This document shows, one piece after another, positions 1 to 9,572 of a stretch of DNA of 64,000 bases. The DNA lies in NCBI GenBank assembly GCA_963665095.1, contig OY762069.1, positions 6,784,001-6,848,000 of the forward strand, given 5' to 3'. The position numbers and the translations under genes are program-made. The DNA is from an uncultured Desulfobacter sp. Lineage in GTDB: Bacteria > Desulfobacterota > Desulfobacteria > Desulfobacterales > Desulfobacteraceae. Numbering within the stretch: position 1 is the first letter of the stretch; each line of letters opens with the position of its first letter. The notes beneath the pieces were generated by a model that was not told the DNA's origin, made no database searches, and was given only the letters and a program-made list of their open reading frames with translations.

Positions 1-2
1 AA

Positions 3-365
3 CGCTTTTTTGGTGCCGCCAGAAACATAGAGGAAGGTGGCAGTCTGACTATTATCGCCACGGCTTTGGTGGAAACAGGCTCCAGAATGGATGAAGTGAT
101 TTTTGAAGAGTTCAAGGGTACCGGCAACATGGAGCTTGTGCTTGACAGAAAGCTTGCTGATAAACGGGTGTTCCCTGCCATTGATATGAACAGATCCGGC
201 ACCCGTAAAGAGGAACTTCTTCTTGAACCTGAAGTGCTGAACCGGGTCTGGATCTTAAGAAAATTGCTTTCCAGTTTAAATTCTGTGGATGCTATGCAGT
301 TTTTACTTGAAAAAATGGACGGAACAAAGAATAATAAAGAGTTTCTTGAAATGATGAATTCATAG
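3..365 (+). CDS. rho: Transcription termination factor Rho, C-terminal part (5' truncated by window)
   Basis: Frame reads [45 protein letters not shown]...SGTRKEELL, the conserved Rho C-terminus. Confidence 0.98.
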   Translation, partial: RFFGAARNIEEGGSLTIIATALVETGSRMDEVIFEEFKGTGNMELVLDRKLADKRVFPAIDMNRSGTRKEELLLEPEVLNRVWILRKLLSSLNSVDAMQFLLEKMDGTKNNKEFLEMMNS

Positions 366-430
366 CAGGAAATTTTTTTTAACAATATTTAAGTCTTTTA
401 TAACGAAGACTGCAAGGAGCAACGTGTAAG

Positions 431-649
431 ATGAAAAAAGACATCCATCCGAACTACACAAGAACAACAGCAACCTGTGCCTGCGGTGCAACCTTTGAAG
501 TAGGGTCTACCAAAGAAAACATCAAGGTGGAAATCTGTTCCCAGTGCCATCCCTTTTTTACCGGCAAACAGAAGCTGGTTGATTCTGCAGGCCGCATTGA
601 CCGTTTCAAGAAAAAATACGCAGGGTTTGACGCAAGCAAGCTGGTTTAG
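431..649 (+). CDS. rpmE: 50S ribosomal protein L31 (zinc-ribbon form)
   Basis: MKKDIHPNY...CACG...[15 protein letters not shown]; follows rho. Confidence 0.98.
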   Translation: MKKDIHPNYTRTTATCACGATFEVGSTKENIKVEICSQCHPFFTGKQKLVDSAGRIDRFKKKYAGFDASKLV

Positions 650-671
650 CTGTTTATATCGACAGTTGTGG

Positions 672-700
672 AAAGGGGTCTTGAATAAAGACCCCTTTTT
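672..700 (+). terminator. Intrinsic terminator after rpmE
   Basis: aaaggggtctt/aagacccctttt stem ending in a T run. Confidence 0.75.
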
Positions 701-730
701 GAATTTTCACCCAGGGATGATGGTTTTACC

Positions 731-1795
731 ATGATTGAAAAGTTAAAAGGTATTGAAGAGCGCTTTATCAAGCTCGAGCACCTGCTCAGTGATCCGGCAG
801 TCATGGCGGATCAGAAAAAGTATCAGGAGTATCTCAAGGAACACGGGGAGTTAAATAAAATTGTTCCGGTCTTCCGTGAATTTGAGGGGGCTCAGGGGGA
901 GCTGACAGAGGCTAAGGAGCTTCTCAAAGACAGTGATCCCGATATCCGGACCATGGCCAAAGAGGAGATCCCTGCGCTTGAATCCAGGATTGTAAAATTA
1001 AAAGAGCAGCTTAATATCCTTTTAATACCTAAAGATCCCAGGGATGAAAAAAATATTATCCTGGAAATCCGGGCCGGTACGGGCGGGGAAGAGGCTGGGA
1101 TTTTTGCTGGGGATCTGTTCCGCATGTATACCCGGTATGCGGAAAGCCGTAACTGGAAAATCGAGATAATTGAAAAAAATGATTCAGCTGCCGGCGGTTT
1201 TAAGGAAGTGGTATCCATGGTCCAGGGGAAAGGTGCCTATTCCCAGTTTAAATATGAGAGTGGGACCCACCGGGTACAGCGCGTGCCAGAGACGGAAACC
1301 CAGGGGCGGGTACATACTTCTGCTGTAACTGTGGCGGTACTGCCCGAGGCAGAGGATGTGGATATAGACATAAACCCGGCGGATCTTAAAGTTGATGTGT
1401 TCCGGTCGTCAGGACCTGGCGGGCAGTCTGTTAACACTACGGACTCTGCGGTTCGTATTACCCACATACCCACAGGTGTCGTAGCTACCTGCCAGGATGA
1501 AAAGTCCCAGCACAAAAATAAAGCCAAGGCGTTAAACGTTCTCAAATCCCGCCTTCTGGATGCCAAAATTCAGGAAGAGGAAGCCAAACGGGCTGCCGAC
1601 AGAAAAGGGCAGGTAGGCACTGGAGACCGGTCCGGGCGAATCCGCACTTATAATTTCCCCCAGGGGCGAATGACTGATCACAGAATCGGGCTTACCCTGT
1701 ATCGACTTGACAGTATCATGGAGGGGGATATTCAGGAAATAGTTGACGCCTTAAGAGCTTATAACCAGGCCCAGGCCCTTAAAGAGATTGGCTGA
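731..1795 (+). CDS. prfA: Peptide chain release factor 1
   Basis: [21 protein letters not shown] (PxT), [16 protein letters not shown]. Confidence 0.98.
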   Translation: MIEKLKGIEERFIKLEHLLSDPAVMADQKKYQEYLKEHGELNKIVPVFREFEGAQGELTEAKELLKDSDPDIRTMAKEEIPALESRIVKLKEQLNILLIPKDPRDEKNIILEIRAGTGGEEAGIFAGDLFRMYTRYAESRNWKIEIIEKNDSAAGGFKEVVSMVQGKGAYSQFKYESGTHRVQRVPETETQGRVHTSAVTVAVLPEAEDVDIDINPADLKVDVFRSSGPGGQSVNTTDSAVRITHIPTGVVATCQDEKSQHKNKAKALNVLKSRLLDAKIQEEEAKRAADRKGQVGTGDRSGRIRTYNFPQGRMTDHRIGLTLYRLDSIMEGDIQEIVDALRAYNQAQALKEIG

Positions 1796-1812
1796 TCGTC
1801 GGGGGCCGGCTT

Positions 1813-2682
1813 GTGGCAGATGTCTGGACCATAAAATCCCTGCTTTCCTGGACAGATACCTATTTTTTAGATCGAGGAATTGACAGTCCACGGCTTACAG
1901 CTGAGGTGCTCCTGGCTGATGTCCTAGGCCTAAGGCGTCTGGATCTTTACCTGCAGCATGACCGTCCCTTGGAAAAGCAGGAGCTGGCCGACTTTAAGCG
2001 CCTGATTCAGCGTCGGACAGCCAAAGAGCCTGTGGCATATATCATTGGCCGCAAAGGTTTTTTCAAAGAGCAGTTTAAAGTGGGGAGTGGCACACTGATC
2101 CCCCGGCCGGATACAGAGGTGCTAGTGGAAACTGCAGAGGCCTGGCTTGCAGATTTCAGGGCGGAAAACCGGCAGGCTCGGGTGATTGAGCTTGGTGTGG
2201 GATCCGGAGCGGTTATCATCTCTTTGGCCAATCTTTATCCTCAGCATTTGTATTTTGGCTGTGATCTGTCAGGAGATGCCCTTGCCATGACATCTGTCAA
2301 TGCCAAAGAGCTTGCCGAAACGTCCATTGCTCTATTTAAAAGCAACTGGCTGTCAGCTGTGGCATATAGGGCCCAATTTGACCTGATTCTGTCAAATCCG
2401 CCATATATCCCCAGCACGGAGATCGAAAGCCTGGCTCCCGAGATTCGCGATCATGAGCCACGCATGGCTCTGGATGGGGGAAAAGATGGACTGGACGCTG
2501 TCAGGATAATCCTTTTTCAGGCTGGAGACCGGCTTTTTCCCCGGGGACAGCTTATGGTTGAAATAGGGCATGATCAGAAAACTGCTGTGGCAGCCCTTGC
2601 CAAACGATTTACATGGGTTTCTGACGTAATGTTTGTCAAGGACCTTGCCGGCCATCATCGTGTGGCTGTATTTAAAAAATAA
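1813..2682 (+). CDS. prmC: Release factor glutamine methyltransferase
   Basis: LIPRPDTE, ELGVGSG, SNPPYI, ALDGGKDGLD; follows prfA. Confidence 0.97.
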   Translation: MADVWTIKSLLSWTDTYFLDRGIDSPRLTAEVLLADVLGLRRLDLYLQHDRPLEKQELADFKRLIQRRTAKEPVAYIIGRKGFFKEQFKVGSGTLIPRPDTEVLVETAEAWLADFRAENRQARVIELGVGSGAVIISLANLYPQHLYFGCDLSGDALAMTSVNAKELAETSIALFKSNWLSAVAYRAQFDLILSNPPYIPSTEIESLAPEIRDHEPRMALDGGKDGLDAVRIILFQAGDRLFPRGQLMVEIGHDQKTAVAALAKRFTWVSDVMFVKDLAGHHRVAVFKK

Positions 2683-2683
2683 A

Positions 2684-2712
2684 TTGATTATTTCAGGTCT
2701 TTTTGATATAGA
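2684..2712 (+). promoter_or_regulatory. sigma70-type promoter of the rpsB operon
   Basis: TTGATT-17 bp-TATAGA with extended -10 TG. Confidence 0.55.
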
Positions 2713-2729
2713 AATTTGGATTTTGCTTT

Positions 2730-2815
2730 TGTATGCAAATAACGCACGTTCCTGGACCTTTGATCCGGTGCTTTTTAAAAGTCGATCGCGGGGATGAAGG
2801 GGGCGGAAGAACTTT
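2730..2815 (+). promoter_or_regulatory. Probable rpsB (S2) autoregulatory leader
   Basis: About 120-nt 5' UTR with AACGCAC near its start and a G-rich GGGG...GGGGGCGGAAGA block; positional analogy with known rpsB leaders only. Confidence 0.35.
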
Positions 2816-2841
2816 AAAACCATTGAAAAACAGGAGTTAAA

Positions 2842-3711
2842 ATGGCTTACATCACAATTAAAGAATTGCTGGAAGCTGGGGTACATTTCGGACATCAGAC
2901 CAAACGCTGGAATCCCAAAATGAAACGATACATTTTTGGTGCCAGAAACGGGATCTACATTATTGATCTTCAGCAGACAGTAAAGCTGTACAAGCAGGCC
3001 CATGATTTTATCAAAAATATTGCCGCCAACGGCGGGGATGTGTTGTTTGTCGGAACCAAAAAGCAGGCGTCTGAAGCGATTTATGAAGAAGCCAACCGTG
3101 CCGAAACGTATTATGTGGAAAACCGGTGGCTCGGCGGCATGCTGACCAATTTCCAGACTATTAAAAATAATATTTCCCGTTTCCATTTCCTCAACTCCAT
3201 TGAGAATGACGGTACCCTGGAGAATTATCCCAAAAAAGAACAGGCAAAAATGCTCAAGGACAAAGCAAAGCTTGAGTTTGCCATTGGCGGCATCTCCAAT
3301 ATGAAAAGGGTGCCCGCAGCCCTGTTTATTATTGATTCCAAAAATGAGACCATTGCCGTGAAAGAGGCAAAACGTCTGGGAATTCCCATTGTAGCCGTTG
3401 TGGATACTAACTGTGATCCGGATGATATCGATTTCGTGATTCCCGGAAATGACGATGCCATCCGCTCCATTCGGTTGTTTGCTTCAAGAATTGCCGATGC
3501 AGTCATTGAAGGGCGTCAGATCTGGGAGGAAAAGCAGCGTGCGGACACCGACAAGGAAGGGAAAGAGGGAAAGCCTTCAGAGGCTGTCGGTGAAAAGGTG
3601 GGGATTGAAGTTGTTTCCGACGGTACTGATGGCCCGGTCATTGAAAAAATCAAAAGAAAAACAGCTGTTGCCGAAGAGCAGGATGCAGTAGAAACGGCAG
3701 ATGCTGAATAG
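2842..3711 (+). CDS. rpsB: 30S ribosomal protein S2
   Basis: [37 protein letters not shown]. Confidence 0.99.
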   Translation: MAYITIKELLEAGVHFGHQTKRWNPKMKRYIFGARNGIYIIDLQQTVKLYKQAHDFIKNIAANGGDVLFVGTKKQASEAIYEEANRAETYYVENRWLGGMLTNFQTIKNNISRFHFLNSIENDGTLENYPKKEQAKMLKDKAKLEFAIGGISNMKRVPAALFIIDSKNETIAVKEAKRLGIPIVAVVDTNCDPDDIDFVIPGNDDAIRSIRLFASRIADAVIEGRQIWEEKQRADTDKEGKEGKPSEAVGEKVGIEVVSDGTDGPVIEKIKRKTAVAEEQDAVETADAE

Positions 3712-3761
3712 TTTAAATGCAAATAATGATTTTGAAATTACGATAAGGAGCATATTAAAAA

Positions 3762-4358
3762 ATGGCTGAAATTTCTGCACAAATGGTAAAGGAGCTTCGT
3801 GCCGCGACCGGTTCGGGTATCATGGACTGTAAAAAAGTCCTGGCCGAAGCTGACGGAGACATGGACAAGGCAATTGAGCTTCTGCGCAAGAAAGGCCTGG
3901 CAAAGGCTGCCAAGCGTGCCGGTCGTTCCACCAGTGAGGGCATTATTTACTCCTATATTCATACCGGTGCCAAGCTTGGTGTTTTGCTTGAAGTCAATTG
4001 CGAGTCTGACTTTGTGGCCAAAACAGAAGATTTTTCCAATTTTGCCAAAGATATTGCCATGCACATAGCTGCTGCCAATCCGGCAGGCCTGACTTCCGAT
4101 GATGTGGATCCTGTGCTGATTGAAAAAGAGCGTGAAATCTATCGTGCCCAGATGCTGGAAGAGGGCAAGCCCGAGAACATCATTGATAAAATCGTAGATG
4201 GCAAGGTGGAAAAGTTCTATAAAGAGGTCTGCCTGATGAGCCAGCAATATATTAAAGATCCCCAGAAAACCATAGAAGATATCCTGAAGGAAACCATCGG
4301 AAAAATCGGCGAAAATATCCAGATCAAACGATTTGCACGTTTCCAGATAGGAGAATAA
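3762..4358 (+). CDS. tsf: Elongation factor Ts (short form)
   Basis: [27 protein letters not shown]. Confidence 0.98.
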   Translation: MAEISAQMVKELRAATGSGIMDCKKVLAEADGDMDKAIELLRKKGLAKAAKRAGRSTSEGIIYSYIHTGAKLGVLLEVNCESDFVAKTEDFSNFAKDIAMHIAAANPAGLTSDDVDPVLIEKEREIYRAQMLEEGKPENIIDKIVDGKVEKFYKEVCLMSQQYIKDPQKTIEDILKETIGKIGENIQIKRFARFQIGE

Positions 4359-4362
4359 GATC

Positions 4363-5085
4363 TTGGATAAACAACCTGAGTTTCAACGGGTTTTAATCAA
4401 GTTAAGCGGCGAAGCCCTGATGGGAAATCAGGGCTTTGGCATCACGCCTGAAATGATCAACTATGTGGCCGGTGAAGTAGCTAAGGTATATCATCTGGGC
4501 GTGGAGATATCCGTTGTAGTAGGGGGGGGCAATATTTTTCGCGGTGTGGCAGGTTCCTCTGCCGGCATGGACAGGACCTCTGCCGATAATATGGGAATGC
4601 TGGCTACAGTGATCAACAGCCTGGCCCTGTGCGATGCCCTGGAAAAGCATGATATTCCCACCCGGGTCCAGTCTGCTATCCCCATGGACAGGGTGGCTGA
4701 ACCTTTTATCCGCAGAAAGGCCATCCGTCATCTTGAAAAAGGCCGGGTGGTTATTTTTGCAGCCGGTACCGGCAACCCTTATTTCACAACAGATACAGCT
4801 GCCGTGCTTCGGGCCAATGAAGTTCGTGCCCAGATTCTGTTTAAAGCCACCCAGGTGGAGGGCGTCTATGACAAAGATCCCCAGGTCCATGACGATGCTG
4901 TGATGTTTGATAAACTGTCATATATGCGTGTGATTGAAAAGCAGCTGCATGTCATGGATATGACAGCCATTTCCCTGGCTATGGAGCACGACCTTCCTTT
5001 GCAGGTGCTCAATCTTCACAAGGCTGACAATATTTATAAAGCAGTCACAGGCGGGGACATCGGTACACGGATTTACAATACGTAA
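4363..5085 (+). CDS. pyrH: UMP kinase
   Basis: [25 protein letters not shown]. Confidence 0.98.
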   Translation: MDKQPEFQRVLIKLSGEALMGNQGFGITPEMINYVAGEVAKVYHLGVEISVVVGGGNIFRGVAGSSAGMDRTSADNMGMLATVINSLALCDALEKHDIPTRVQSAIPMDRVAEPFIRRKAIRHLEKGRVVIFAAGTGNPYFTTDTAAVLRANEVRAQILFKATQVEGVYDKDPQVHDDAVMFDKLSYMRVIEKQLHVMDMTAISLAMEHDLPLQVLNLHKADNIYKAVTGGDIGTRIYNT

Positions 5086-5213
5086 AATCAGACATTCCTG
5101 TGCTTAAAGTCACAGGTGTATACTTGGCCTGGAATATTAAAACGAGGGTCTTATCTGTTTCAAATGTTTAAGGGTTGCAACCGTTGAATTATTTTTAAGA
5201 AGGATGTGTGGTT

Positions 5214-5771
5214 ATGATTAATGAAGTGCTTGAAGAAACCAGAGAGCGGATGGGAAAATCCGAGAAAGCTTTTGAAAGTGAACTGTCAAAAGTGCGTACC
5301 GGCAGGGCTTCCCAGTCTATGCTTGACAGCGTAAAAGTTGACTACTACGGCACACAGACCCCACTTCCCCAGATGGCCACCATATCGGTTCCTGAAAGCC
5401 GCCTTCTGACTGTAAAACCCTGGGATGCTTCCGTAATCAATGAGGTGGAAAAGGCCATCTTAAAAGCCAATCTCGGATTGACCCCGTCCAATGACGGCAA
5501 GCTGATTCGCATTGCCATTCCCCCTTTGACAGAAGAGCGCAGAAGAGAGATCGTGAAAAGTGTGGCCAAAACCTGTGAGGAATTCAAGGTGGCTGTCAGG
5601 AATATCCGCAGAGATTCCAACGAGATGATTAAAGACCTTCAGAAAGAGGGCGAGGTCTCAGAGGACGACAGCTTTAAAGGCCAGAAGCAGGTTCAAGAGC
5701 TGACAGATACTGCCATTAAAAAGCTGGACGACATTTTTGCCGCCAAGGAAAAGGAGATCCTTGAAGTCTGA
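5214..5771 (+). CDS. frr: Ribosome recycling factor
   Basis: RTGRA, VDYYG, PPLTEERR, VRNIRRD; ATG 5214 preferred over GTG 5208. Confidence 0.98.
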   Translation: MINEVLEETRERMGKSEKAFESELSKVRTGRASQSMLDSVKVDYYGTQTPLPQMATISVPESRLLTVKPWDASVINEVEKAILKANLGLTPSNDGKLIRIAIPPLTEERRREIVKSVAKTCEEFKVAVRNIRRDSNEMIKDLQKEGEVSEDDSFKGQKQVQELTDTAIKKLDDIFAAKEKEILEV

Positions 5772-6498
5772 TTCCCAGCTGCCTGACGCGCTTGATCTCG
5801 ATGCCCTGCCCACCCATGTAGCCTTTATTATGGACGGGAACGGCCGTTGGGCTAAAAAGCGGCTGATGAATCGCGTAAAGGGGCACAGGCAGGGGGTTGA
5901 AACGGTCCGGGACATGGTTTCCGCCTGCGGAAAGTTAGGCATTCCCATGTTGACTCTGTACGCTTTTTCCACTGAAAATTGGGCACGCCCTGCAGATGAG
6001 GTCAGTGCCCTGATGGACCTGCTTAAACGTTTTCTTAAGGACCAAAAGGATGAGCTCCACGAAGAGGGCATTCGACTTAACATCCTGGGGCAGGTGGAAA
6101 GACTCCCCAAAGACGTTCAGAAGGAAGCGGTTCAGGCCCAGGCACTTACGAAAGACAACACAAAATCTACCCTAAATCTTGCCATTAGTTATGGCGCCCG
6201 GGAAGAAATTACCCGGGCAGTCCGCAATATCGGGGCTAAAATCCGGTCAGGTGAACTTGATCCGGAAGATATTACGGATAAAACCATATCTGATCATTTA
6301 TATACAGCAGGGATGCCTGATCCGGATCTGATTATCCGAACATCTGCTGAATTCAGGCTGTCAAATTTTTTAATGTGGCAGGCCGCCTATTCCGAGCTTA
6401 CATTTACCCCAACACTGTGGCCTGATTTTACCAAGCAGGAGTTCTACAACATCTTAATTGACTATCAACAACGCGATCGTCGGTTCGGGAAAGTGTAA
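5761..6498 (+). CDS. uppS: Undecaprenyl diphosphate synthase
   Basis: IMDGNGRWA, YAFSTENW, PDLIIRTS, RLSNF; TTG 5761 follows AAGGAG and overlaps the frr end. Confidence 0.97.
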   Translation: MKSDSQLPDALDLDALPTHVAFIMDGNGRWAKKRLMNRVKGHRQGVETVRDMVSACGKLGIPMLTLYAFSTENWARPADEVSALMDLLKRFLKDQKDELHEEGIRLNILGQVERLPKDVQKEAVQAQALTKDNTKSTLNLAISYGAREEITRAVRNIGAKIRSGELDPEDITDKTISDHLYTAGMPDPDLIIRTSAEFRLSNFLMWQAAYSELTFTPTLWPDFTKQEFYNILIDYQQRDRRFGKV

Positions 6499-7313
6499 TG
6501 CAGCACTTAAAACGATGGATAACCGCTTTAATTCTCATCCCGTGCCTGCTATGGGTCATTATCAAAGGCTCCATCCTGCTTTTTGCCGCCTTGGTATCTG
6601 TGGCAGCGGCTTTATCCATCCGTGAATACCTTGATATTATCTGTGCCAATGATACCGGGCCCGTATCACACGCCACCCGAATTATCTCATATACCGCATG
6701 CATGACGCTGGTCATGGGGGCTTGTCTGGGATCCTGGCAGGTGCTTTTTTTCATCCTTGCGTTGGATATGATGGCCCTTTGCGTGTTTGTACTCTGGCGG
6801 TTTTCAGTGACCCCACATATTTTTGATCTTGTGGCCCGGCAGGTGCTTGGCGTTGTTTATATTCCATTGTCCATGGCTCTTCTGGTGTTTATCCGGGAAA
6901 TGGATCAGGGGACCTGGTGGATCATCTGGCTTTTGATTGTCTGTTTTGCCAATGATACAGGGGCACTGTATGTCGGCACATTTAAGGGTAAACATAAGCT
7001 GGCCCCTAAAATCAGTCCTAATAAAACCATTGAAGGGGCTGTGGGGGGTATGGCAGTTTCTGTGACGGCCGGCTTTATTTTCAATCTTTTCTTTTTTAAA
7101 GATTTTCCCCTTGCACTGACTGGTATTTTTTGCGCTTTGATGGTTGCTGCTGCCGGCCAGATCGGCGATCTGTTTGAATCCGCCATGAAGCGCGTTGGGC
7201 ACATCAAGGATTCAGGCCGGCTTCTGCCAGGTCATGGTGGGATGCTGGACCGCATTGACGGGTTGCTTTTAGCCATACCGGTTTTTTATTTCTTTCAGGT
7301 GTTTGTTCTTTGA
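6498..7313 (+). CDS. cdsA: Phosphatidate cytidylyltransferase
   Basis: ISPNKTIEG, GDLFESAMKR, KDSGRLLPGHGGMLDRID. Confidence 0.97.
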   Translation: MQHLKRWITALILIPCLLWVIIKGSILLFAALVSVAAALSIREYLDIICANDTGPVSHATRIISYTACMTLVMGACLGSWQVLFFILALDMMALCVFVLWRFSVTPHIFDLVARQVLGVVYIPLSMALLVFIREMDQGTWWIIWLLIVCFANDTGALYVGTFKGKHKLAPKISPNKTIEGAVGGMAVSVTAGFIFNLFFFKDFPLALTGIFCALMVAAAGQIGDLFESAMKRVGHIKDSGRLLPGHGGMLDRIDGLLLAIPVFYFFQVFVL

Positions 7314-8470
7314 AGTCACTATCCATACTGGGTTCCACCGGTTCCATCGGTACATCTGCCCTTAAGGTGGTTCGCATGCATCCGGATAAATTCCGAGTAA
7401 AATGTATGACCTGTGCTACCAATGTGAGAGTTCTGGCGGAACAGATCCAGGATTTTAAACCTGAAATGGTGGCGGTTCTGGATGCCAGGGGGGCTGATGA
7501 GCTTGCCCTGAGTCTGGCAGGGCAATATCTGCCCGAGATCTTATGGGGTGAGTCCGGGTTTATTGCCGCGGCTCAGTGGGATGAGACTGACATGGTGCTT
7601 GCTGCCATGGTGGGCGCTGCCGGCCTGGTACCGGCTCTTGCTGCCATTGATGCCGGCAAACAGATTGCGCTTGCCAATAAGGAGACCCTTGTGATGGCCG
7701 GTGATATTGTTATGGCCAGGGCAAAGGAAAAGGGTGTGGCGATTCTTCCCGTTGACTCTGAACACTGTGCCATATTTCAGTGCCTTCAGGGCAACCGTGC
7801 CAGGGATCTTGAGACAATCTTTTTAACCGCTTCAGGCGGTCCTTTTCGAAATCTTGCCTATGATCAGTTCGAGACTATCACTCCGGCCAGAGCGTTAGAC
7901 CATCCCACCTGGAATATGGGAGCCAAAATCTCCATTGATTCGGCCACGCTGATGAACAAAGCCCTTGAAATTATAGAGGCTGTAAAGCTGTTCAGTGTTA
8001 CCCATGATAATATTCAAGTTCTTGTCCACCCCCAGAGCATTGTCCACTCCATGGTGGGGTTTAAGGACGGTGGTATCATGGCACAGTTGGGCCAGCCGGA
8101 TATGATGCATGCCATAGCCTATGCCTTTTCTTATCCAGAGCGGCTGGACCTGGCATTGGCATTTCCCGATTTTTCCGGGCTTAACGGTTTAACCTTTGAT
8201 GCCCCGGACACCAAAAAATTCCCCTCCCTGGAATTTGCCTTTGAGGCCTGCCGACGGGGCGGAACAATGCCTGCCGTCATGAATGCTGCCAATGAAGTGG
8301 CTGTTGACGCATTTCTTAAAGAGCGCATCCGTTTCTTGGACATTTTCACACTGATCAGCGAAGTCATGGGAACCCATAGCTGCATTGACAATCCTGAGCT
8401 TTCAGGTATTATTGAGGCCGACTCCTGGGCCAGGGAAAAAGCGGTTTCCCTGATCCAGCGTCTGGCGTAA
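7310..8470 (+). CDS. dxr: 1-deoxy-D-xylulose 5-phosphate reductoisomerase
   Basis: LGSTGSIG, LANKE, PVDSEH, TASGGPF, HPTWNMGAKISIDSAT. Confidence 0.98.
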   Translation: MKSLSILGSTGSIGTSALKVVRMHPDKFRVKCMTCATNVRVLAEQIQDFKPEMVAVLDARGADELALSLAGQYLPEILWGESGFIAAAQWDETDMVLAAMVGAAGLVPALAAIDAGKQIALANKETLVMAGDIVMARAKEKGVAILPVDSEHCAIFQCLQGNRARDLETIFLTASGGPFRNLAYDQFETITPARALDHPTWNMGAKISIDSATLMNKALEIIEAVKLFSVTHDNIQVLVHPQSIVHSMVGFKDGGIMAQLGQPDMMHAIAYAFSYPERLDLALAFPDFSGLNGLTFDAPDTKKFPSLEFAFEACRRGGTMPAVMNAANEVAVDAFLKERIRFLDIFTLISEVMGTHSCIDNPELSGIIEADSWAREKAVSLIQRLA

Positions 8471-8489
8471 ACCAACCAGGAAGGCCGAT

Positions 8490-9572
8490 ATGGGGCACTC
8501 TCTTATTGCATTTATCATCGTTATTGGTGTTTTGGTTTTTGTCCATGAACTGGGGCATTTTCTTGTGGCCAGGGCCTGTGGTGTGGGGGTTCAGGTCTTT
8601 TCTTTAGGATTTGGTCCAAAAATTTTTAAATTTACCCGGGGTATGACCGTATACTGTATCTCCGCCATTCCTTTGGGCGGATATGTGAAGATGACCGGGG
8701 AGGAACCCGGTGATGCCCACGCCCTTGACGAGAAAGACCTGCATCTGTCTTTTACACATAAAAGTGTGGGACAAAGGGCCTTGATTGCGGCAGCCGGTCC
8801 AGCATTCAATTTTCTTCTGGCCATTGTAATTTTTTACCTGCTCTACCAGTTTTCAGGGGTCTACATGGGCCTGCCAAAAGTAGGTCAGGTGGTGGCGGAT
8901 TCACCTGCCATGGCCGCAGGTATTCAGAAGAATGATGTGATAAGAGAGATTGACGGCGTATCTGTTGCTTCATTTGAAGATATCTCCCAACTGGTGGCAA
9001 AAAGTCAGGGCGATTCTCTGGAAATTCTTGTGCAGCGTGAAGGTGAGGTTAAATCTTTCTCACTGACACCCATGCCCCGTGGGGAAAAGAATCTGTTCGG
9101 CGAAACCGTGAACCGGTATGTGATCGGGATTATCGGGACCGGAGAAACATTTCACCAGCCGTTGACTGCCGTGGACGCGGCGGCAAGAGCGGTGGCCGAC
9201 ACCTACGGCATGGTGAAACTGACTCTGCTGTCAGTGGTCAAGATGATTGCCGGTAAAGTCTCTGCGGACAATTTGGGTGGTCCCATCATGATCGCCCAGA
9301 TGGCAGGGGAACAGGCCCGGGCCGGGTTTGAAAATTTTGTATGGTTCATCGCCCTGATTTCTGTGAATCTGGGTATCATCAACCTGTTTCCCATTCCGGT
9401 ACTGGACGGGGGGCACCTCTTATTTTTAAGTATGGAAGCGGTCATGGGACGCCCTGTAAGTACCCGGGTCCGTGAAAAGATGGTACAGTTCGGCGCAGCC
9501 GTGCTGATGACCTTAATGATCTTTGTTTTTTATAATGACATAGTAAAATTATTCAACGGTGGATTACAATGA
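8490..9572 (+). CDS. rseP: RIP metalloprotease RseP
   Basis: HELGH, AGPAFN, PDZ domain, NLFPIPVLDGG. Confidence 0.97.
   Translation: MGHSLIAFIIVIGVLVFVHELGHFLVARACGVGVQVFSLGFGPKIFKFTRGMTVYCISAIPLGGYVKMTGEEPGDAHALDEKDLHLSFTHKSVGQRALIAAAGPAFNFLLAIVIFYLLYQFSGVYMGLPKVGQVVADSPAMAAGIQKNDVIREIDGVSVASFEDISQLVAKSQGDSLEILVQREGEVKSFSLTPMPRGEKNLFGETVNRYVIGIIGTGETFHQPLTAVDAAARAVADTYGMVKLTLLSVVKMIAGKVSADNLGGPIMIAQMAGEQARAGFENFVWFIALISVNLGIINLFPIPVLDGGHLLFLSMEAVMGRPVSTRVREKMVQFGAAVLMTLMIFVFYNDIVKLFNGGLQ

Noticed and set aside
731..1795. Programmed frameshift in the release factor
   Set aside because: This is RF1 (PxT motif), continuous ORF; the frameshift belongs to prfB.
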